From Eledone cirrhosa (lineage: Eukaryota), in contig OZ024741.1 in assembly GCA_964016885.1 (NCBI GenBank), positions 138,818,001 to 138,882,000 on the forward strand: a stretch of DNA of 64,000 bases, read 5' to 3'. The translations under genes and the position numbers were made by a program. The notes under the pieces were generated by a model, which saw nothing but the letters and a program-made list of their open reading frames with translations, searched no databases and had not been told where the DNA came from. The number at the start of each line of letters is the position of its first letter. Position 1 is the stretch's first letter. Below, piece by piece: positions 56,992 through 64,000 of this stretch.

Positions 56992-57423
56992 TAAAGTTAG
57001 TCCTTCATCAGTGATCTTCCAACCATCATTGGTATTTCATCGCTTTAAAGACCATATACCTCCAGTTTGTGCGAGTAACGGGTAAAAAAAGTCGTTGGGA
57101 CACGTAAATAAAGGGGACACGAATGTAAACAAACAAAGATGGTGAAGCAACGAAAAGTGAGGAAGAAGAAGTCAAGTCCCAAATTTCTATGAATATAAAT
57201 TCGGTGAAATCGTGAACGAGAGAGAATAAAGACCATCAAACCTGGTTGGAATGTGAGCAGGGAAGGAATTCCGTACTCCAGGTATAACATGCCGCTGTCG
57301 TCTTCTATATGTTGTCAATATCGAACTGACAACCTTACGATTATGAATCCAACTCCCAGACCACTGAATCATGCCTTATCATAGACACTCACTCACACAT
57401 ACACGCATCACCCCCCCCCACCC

Positions 57424-57616
<193 letters not shown>

Positions 57617-57784
57617 TGTGTGAATAAACAAATGAGATCAATGATACCGACTGCATAATATGTGAGATTATTGAATTACATCTAAATCAGACGTTCTGAT
57701 ACTTTTGGTGCCACATTCCCCCCTCTCTCATGGCCACATTATGCCTTCAGACCGCTACACCTATTTCCAGAGAGACATGCCTAC

Positions 57785-60700
57785 ACTCAGACTCTGACTC
57801 AGAAGCTCCCGCGTCTTGCGACGCATGAGGCAATCATAGTGTTCCAAGGCGTTCGGTCAGCAGCCAGTTGCACAGCGTCCCGCCATTGTCTGTTTGTCGC
57901 TCACAGGTCCCTCTCAACTGTCTGGCGCCAGTTCATATTGGGTCGCCCTCTCCGTCTGCTTCCCTGCGGGCTCCATTTAAGTACTTGGTTCGCCAGTCTC
58001 TCCGGTGGAAGTCTCAAAGCCTGTCCAAACCAGCCCAAGAGTCGCTTGCAGATTGTAGAAGAGACTAGCTGCTGGTTGGTGCGGTTCTTGACTTCCTGGT
58101 TTGTATCATGGTCACTCCATTTAATCCACAGTAACTTTCGCAGACACCTGGATCGAAAGCGTCCAACTTCTTCTCTTGGCTGGTCTTAAGGTGCCATGTT
58201 TCACTTCCGTACAAGAGTGTGGACAGCACGTTGCTGTTGTAGAATCTCATCTTTGTTTTGAGGGTGAACTTCCTTCTCTTCCAGATCTTGTCAAGCTGAT
58301 TAAATGCTGCTGACGCCTTTCCCATTCTACATTGCAATTCACTGTCCATGGTGCCCTCATTGTTAATGGAGCTTCCTAGGTAGGTGAAGTTGTCCACTAT
58401 CTCCACCTCCCTCTGTTCAATGAAGACACTAGTTGGTGATGCGTGTGTCCCAGATAACATGCTTTTGGTCTTCTTGGCACTGATATTGAGACCTAAGCTT
58501 CCTGCTTCGACATTGATATTGTTCACAAAGATTTGCAGGTCAGCTGTGCTCCCTGCAAGTGCAGCAATATCGTCCGCAAAGTCCAGGTCAGACAACTTTT
58601 GCTCTCCCACCCAAGATATACCCTGGTCTTTAGACGCTCTTCTTAGTACCCAGTCAATGGCTATGCAAAAGATAATTGGAGAGAGCGAACAACCTTGACG
58701 CACGCCAGTAACCACCTCAAACCAGTCACTGTAACCATCCTCTGTCCGTATGCAGCACTTGGAGTTTGCATAAATCTGTTTGATTGCCGAAATGACTTTC
58801 TGGGGCAGACCATACTCATGCATGATGCTCCAGAGTGACGGTCGATGAATGCTATCGAATGCTTTGGAGAAATACATGAAGCTGATGGCGAGGGGCCTCT
58901 GGAATTCGTTGTACCACCTCAATGATGCGGCATAGCGTAAAGATCTGCTTTGCACAGGAACGTTTTTGTAGGAACCCTGCCTGTTGTTCTCGCAGTTTCC
59001 GGTCTACCATGCCACGTATGCAGTTCAGGATCACCAGACAATTGACCTTCCCTGGTATGGAGAGAAGTGTCACTCCCCTCCAGTTGTCACAATCGGCAAG
59101 GTTGCCCTTCTTAGGGATACAGACAACCGCTCCTTTTCTCCAATCTTCTGGGACTTCACCCGTGTTCCACACAAGATTACATAAGTGGCCCATCCACTTG
59201 ACCATGCTTTCGCCTCCTGACTGCAGCATTTCAGCAGAAATGCCATCCATACCTGGTGACTTGTTATTCTTAAGGGTTTTTTGATGGCCATGCGGACTTC
59301 CTTCTCGGTGAAGTCATCATTATTGATAGGCAACAAACTAGTAGGTTCCTTAATGTCTGCTGGCACACGTGGCTTCGGTCGGTTGAGGACTTCCTTGAAA
59401 TGTTCAGCCCATCTGACTAACTTTTCTTCACCCTTGGAAAGCAGCGTACCATCTTTCGCTTTCACCACGCCTGAGTAAGCTCTAGAGCTGCCGGTGATTT
59501 TCTTGGCAATTTGGTACACAGAGCGCATGTCATTGCGTGCCGCAGCTGCTTCCGCCTCCTCTGCCTTACCCTCCAGCCACATTCGTTTGTCCTTTTGGGC
59601 GCTGCGTTTCACCTCCTTGTCCTTCTCAACATACTGCTGATATACCTTGATGGCCTCTGGGGTAGTGGCATGCCTCTGCTGGTGTAGGTCTTACCTCTCA
59701 TTAATCAGCTACCAGGTGTTGTCGCTGACCCAAGCTTCTCTGAGGGACTTTCTGTAGCACAGGATTTCTTCCCCTGCAGCTTCCATGGTCTTCTTCATTT
59801 CCTCCCACCAATTGACCGAGCCTGGTGCAGACTCCTCAAGGACCGCAAATATGTTTCGCAAAGCAGCCTCGACTTGTGGTTCTGTGTAACCGTTCTTCTG
59901 TGTAACCGTTCAAAACGCCTTGTAGTAGGTGCTTTCTTCTTCTGCTTCCTCAGTCTGATTTTAAGTTTGGTAACAGATAGATAGTGGTCACTGCAGACAT
60001 CTGCGCCCCGGTAGACTCGGACGTCCTGCAGGCAAGAAGTTCTCCAACTTGGGCCATTTGCAATGTGGTCTATTTGCGTCTTGGTCCTCTGGTCGTTCGA
60101 AGCCCATGTGACCTTGTGGATGTTCTTGTGGTCAAATAGTGACGAGCCGATTTTCATATTGTTCATGGCACAGAACTGGACAAACCTGTCTCCTTTGTCC
60201 GTGCGGTTTCCATAAGCATGGGGGCCAAGGACATGTTCAAAGCCATCCCTGCTTCCCCCGATATGTGCGTTCATGTCTCCCATGATGATCAGGATGTCAT
60301 GACGTGGGCTTTTGTTGACAACATCTTGTAGTTGCTGGTTGAAAGCGTCCTTGTCATCGTCATGTTCGTTGGTTGGAGCATAGCACTGAGCTATGGTGAC
60401 CTTTGCATGTGATGTGGTGATTCTTGCTGTCATTAGGCGTTCGTTGATAGGAGTCCACTCCTCAAGGACACTACTGGCAGCCCTGTCCATGATGATTGCA
60501 ACTCCATCTCGGTGGGTCCCGTTCTGACGGCCTGAGAACAGGATGGTCTTGTTTTCATGGACAAACTTCCCAGAGTCAGTCCAGCGGACCTCGCTGAGGC
60601 CCAGGATGTTAATTTTGTAGGCCTCGATTTCTCCGATAACTTGCGCAAGTTTGGATGGTTGGTACAGAGTTCTTATGTTCCAATATCCAATACGTGTGGT

Positions 60701-61257
60701 TGTTTTTGCAGACAGAATTCTGGTCCTCAGGATGTCGGCTTCCTCATCGAGACTTTTGCCGACACCCGTCACACAATCTCCGGTTAGAGACAACCGTTCT
60801 CCTGACTGCTTGGAGTTTAAATCTGATGCACTATGAATTGTTTTCGTAGCAGGAGAATTTTACCGGGAACAGGTCGCTGACCTGAAGCCCAACCACAGGC
60901 ATTTAGTAAAGAGATAGTAAGTGGAGTAGTCTCTGGTAGAACTGCAAACAGATGGCCACGGAATATGGTGTGGGTCGCCTTCAGTCCTGGACCGGTGCCG
61001 AGGGAGGATTTCCTTCTGCTTTAACCAGTGGCTTCCTTGTTGAAGCTCATACGCTTAGTGGTGCCGTATCAACACCACCCCCTCACGTGGTTCAGTCCAC
61101 CAGCTGAAGCGGTGTGCCGGGGCATGGCGCTTGGAGCCATACGTGAGAGATTTAGGGGATGGGTGGGGGCCGGTGATGAATGACCACCCTACCAGTTAGG
61201 GTGCAGCTGTCAACCATCAAGGGTACTACCCCTGCCCAAACCCCCTATGCCCCTACA
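57785..61257 (-). mobile_element. Near full-length RTE-clade LINE with a frameshifted single APE-RT ORF
   Basis: APE 59795-60793 (WNIRTL, LSEVRW, YAPT, GDMNA, QIDH, SDH). RT fragments (NWRGVTLLS, KAFDS, GVRQGC, DFADD, LLYGSETW). Short (CTGAGT)-like repeated 3' tail near 57785-57802. Confidence 0.9.
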
Positions 61258-61273
61258 GGCAAATATTAAATAA

Positions 61274-62172
61274 TCTATATATATAAAACTGTGGTTGTCT
61301 GTCTGTCTATCGATTTTTGGCACACATCTCCTCTTAGAATCTCTCACGGAATTCCACCGAAATTGCTATACTTGTACATTGAGCCCTAGCGAAGACATCG
61401 GAAAAAAAAATTTCAAATTGACCCACCCTATGTGACGAAATCGAATATAATGTATCGATTTTTGAGCGTAAGTGATCAGTTATTTCCCTTTGTTCTGTTT
61501 ACATTGAGCGTCTGCGTGTAAAAATTAAAAAAATTACGCTGGCTTTCTCAGCGAAGCCTTTTAAAACAATATTTTTACTTGAAAACAAGTCTATTTAAAG
61601 ACTACGTAAAACAAGCAAATATTTCGTAAAAAAAAAGCAAAAATTATATAAGTTTATTTAAAATATATGTATCTGTAAATTTCGTTAGGCGTGCAGACAG
61701 ACAGTCGTGCAGACAGATAGTCGTGCAGAGAGGTGATATAGGCGTGCAGACAGATAGTCGTGCAGAGAGGTGATATAGGCGTGCAGACAGACAGTCGTGC
61801 AGAGAGGTGATATAGGCGTGCAGACAGATAGTCGTGCAGAGAGGTGATATAGGCGTGCAGACAGACATAACTGATAATTTGGTTACGCTAATGTTTTTCT
61901 CTGCGTTGCAGTGTTTACATTTTCGATCTTTGTTAATAAATAACCAGTGCAGTTTCTATCCCCAGCATCCTCTTTTGTTATAACATTCGGGTTATCGTTA
62001 TGATTTCTTAACTTCATAAGGCATATTGTTGGTTGAGGGAATATTAATCAAAAACACCACATGCAAGTCTGCACAGTAGACACTACAGTTTTTAAGCCAA
62101 GAAAGAAACTTAACATTGTAACTTTAACACAGCTACTGAGCGACCCCGAGCAACGCCGGGCTTTACTGCTAG
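61274..62172 (+). mobile_element. Non-autonomous Helitron
   Basis: 5' TCTATATATATAAAA, 3' CTAG, inserted between A and T. GC-rich subterminal hairpin CCCG..CGGG about 12 nt before the end. No terminal inverted repeat or target duplication seen. Confidence 0.8.
61687..61866. repeat. 37-bp minisatellite inside the Helitron (~4.5 copies)
   Basis: Unit TAGGCGTGCAGACAGATAGTCGTGCAGAGAGGTGATA; GGCGTG recurs at 61741 and 61778. Confidence 0.9.
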
Positions 62173-63375
62173 TATATAATAAATAAAATCGTTAATTTAC
62201 ATATAATAAATAATATAATATCAATATGTGTAAATAAATATTATATATTTTTTTATATTAATATGTTTATATATAATATGTATCCATTGATATTTAATAT
62301 ACTATTATATCATCTATACCACCACCCCAGCGCTCCCTTAGACCTCAATGCCCCGTGGACCTTCTCAACACCCCCCGGTGGCCGTAGCGCCCACTCTCAG
62401 AGCCTCTGATCTAAATGAAAAGAGAATATTAGTAAATAACAACAATATATTGTAAGAAACGTAAACTCATAATGCCGTAGAGAATATAATTGAATTCATA
62501 TCAATATACCAGAGATGTAGAGAAAAACATCGAAAATCTCTTCTCATATATGTCATATATATTTGTGTAGGAATGTCCTTCCTTGCGTTAACGGTAGTGT
62601 GTTACAGTTGGAAAAATTCTATTGATTATCAGTTCGGTTAACATTGTTGGGAAATCTAAAGATGGGTAGAGTTGATAGAAATAAATAGAAAAAACGCCAT
62701 TATAGTTTTGATTTGAATATAGGTTTTATTTCAATAAAACTGACAAATCGAACTATAAGCATTTTCTGATTTAAGAAGATATTTTAATAAATTTGAATGT
62801 AAATTATAGGCCGGATGCCGAATTTCCGAACCTAAAATTAATATAAAACATTATATATTTTACAATATGCAAATCGCCTGAAATTATTAAAAGAAGACAT
62901 TTTCTGGCAAGTATTTATTTAACTATTTCTAATAAAGCGATAAAAATGGTAATCCTTAAAATTAACAACTATTCATAATGTTTCGAGTGTAAATATTTAG
63001 CTTATGCCCGACAGACTACGGGTCGTGCTTTCATCCTTACTTAAAGCACGCTCTAATATAGAATGTTTCCAACTAAATAAATAATTCTGTTCGATTTTAA
63101 TATTTTAAAATATAAATATAAATAAAATAAGAAATTATCAGCAACTTCTCTCTTTTCATATGTAAAGATCTATAGATTTCAAGTTTAATAAAATAAAATG
63201 ATTTCAATTAAATAAAATATATAAACAATAAGTTTTTGTCAAACATGATGGGAATCTTTAAATAAGACCTTGAAATATATTAATCCACCAGAAAAAAATA
63301 CAATCTATTGTTAGACAAATATCCAATCAAAGAAAGAGATTATATGCAGTATCACATACATGCATACACAGAGAA

Positions 63376-63438
<63 letters not shown>

Positions 63439-63862
63439 CGATTCCAAATTATATCGATTTCATAAGGATTTATAGCTTCAACTACAAAGCTTGGGACATG
63501 CTATATTGAATGTTTCCTCAAACTACACGATTGCTCGGATCACCTGTGATATTTTTTTAATCCCTGTTTCAGTCTGTTTGACTGTAGCTATAACAATTCC
63601 GGAAATCTCTTTCTAGTTTGCATGTCAATAATTCTTCAGAAAATCGGTTTGATTGAATTAATAATAAGAAACACCCGTCACCAAATAATACAAATCGAAG
63701 GAAAAAAAAAGAAACATTGAACATTTCCTTTTTAAAATAACGAGACATGGAGACGTCTACTAAACGTGCCGTTCAAATAATCATATGTATAATTATCAAG
63801 AAAGATTGGGGGATACGGAGTTCGAACGTCATCGATGTAGTTTAATATGAAATTACAACGAC

Positions 63863-63972
<110 letters not shown>

Positions 63973-64000
63973 TGTGTGTGTGTGTTAGGGGTAATATAAG

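Noticed and set aside
61030-61160. HDV-like ribozyme in the RTE leader
   Set aside because: A P4-like hairpin followed by CUAA is present, but no P1 beginning with G and no proper P3/L3 could be assigned.
61687-61866. CRISPR-like 37-bp repeats
   Set aside because: Contiguous tandem units with no unique spacers, no cas genes and a eukaryotic context.
62320-62410. Possible hAT transposon terminus
   Set aside because: Only a short GC-rich fragment; no partner terminal repeat or target duplication found.

Overview
AT-rich, microsatellite-dense eukaryotic (animal) non-genic DNA. The tRNA-derived CORE-type and Meta-type SINEs suggest a mollusc, probably a cephalopod (inference). No convincing host gene was found. 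The window is dominated by retroelements: one intact full-length Tx1/L1-clade LINE (13.2-19.0 kb), a near-identical 5'-truncated copy in opposite orientation (48.6-51.6 kb), a degenerate second Tx1 family and a further 3' fragment, three Penelope-like elements (RT plus GIY-YIG), two RTE LINEs, a non-autonomous Helitron and many SINEs. The most notable hidden layer is RNA structure. By eye I find about 15 type-I hammerhead ribozyme (HHR) motifs from at least 7 repeat families. Several have non-canonical cores (U3-A8 covariant, or U4C) and self-complementary stem III. They include a 319-nt tandem retrozyme-like array (7.1-8.1 kb) and palindromes carrying a ribozyme on each strand. There is also a twister-like motif in an RTE 5' leader, and a perfect 5' splice-site consensus at the ORF1 stop of two divergent Tx1 families.
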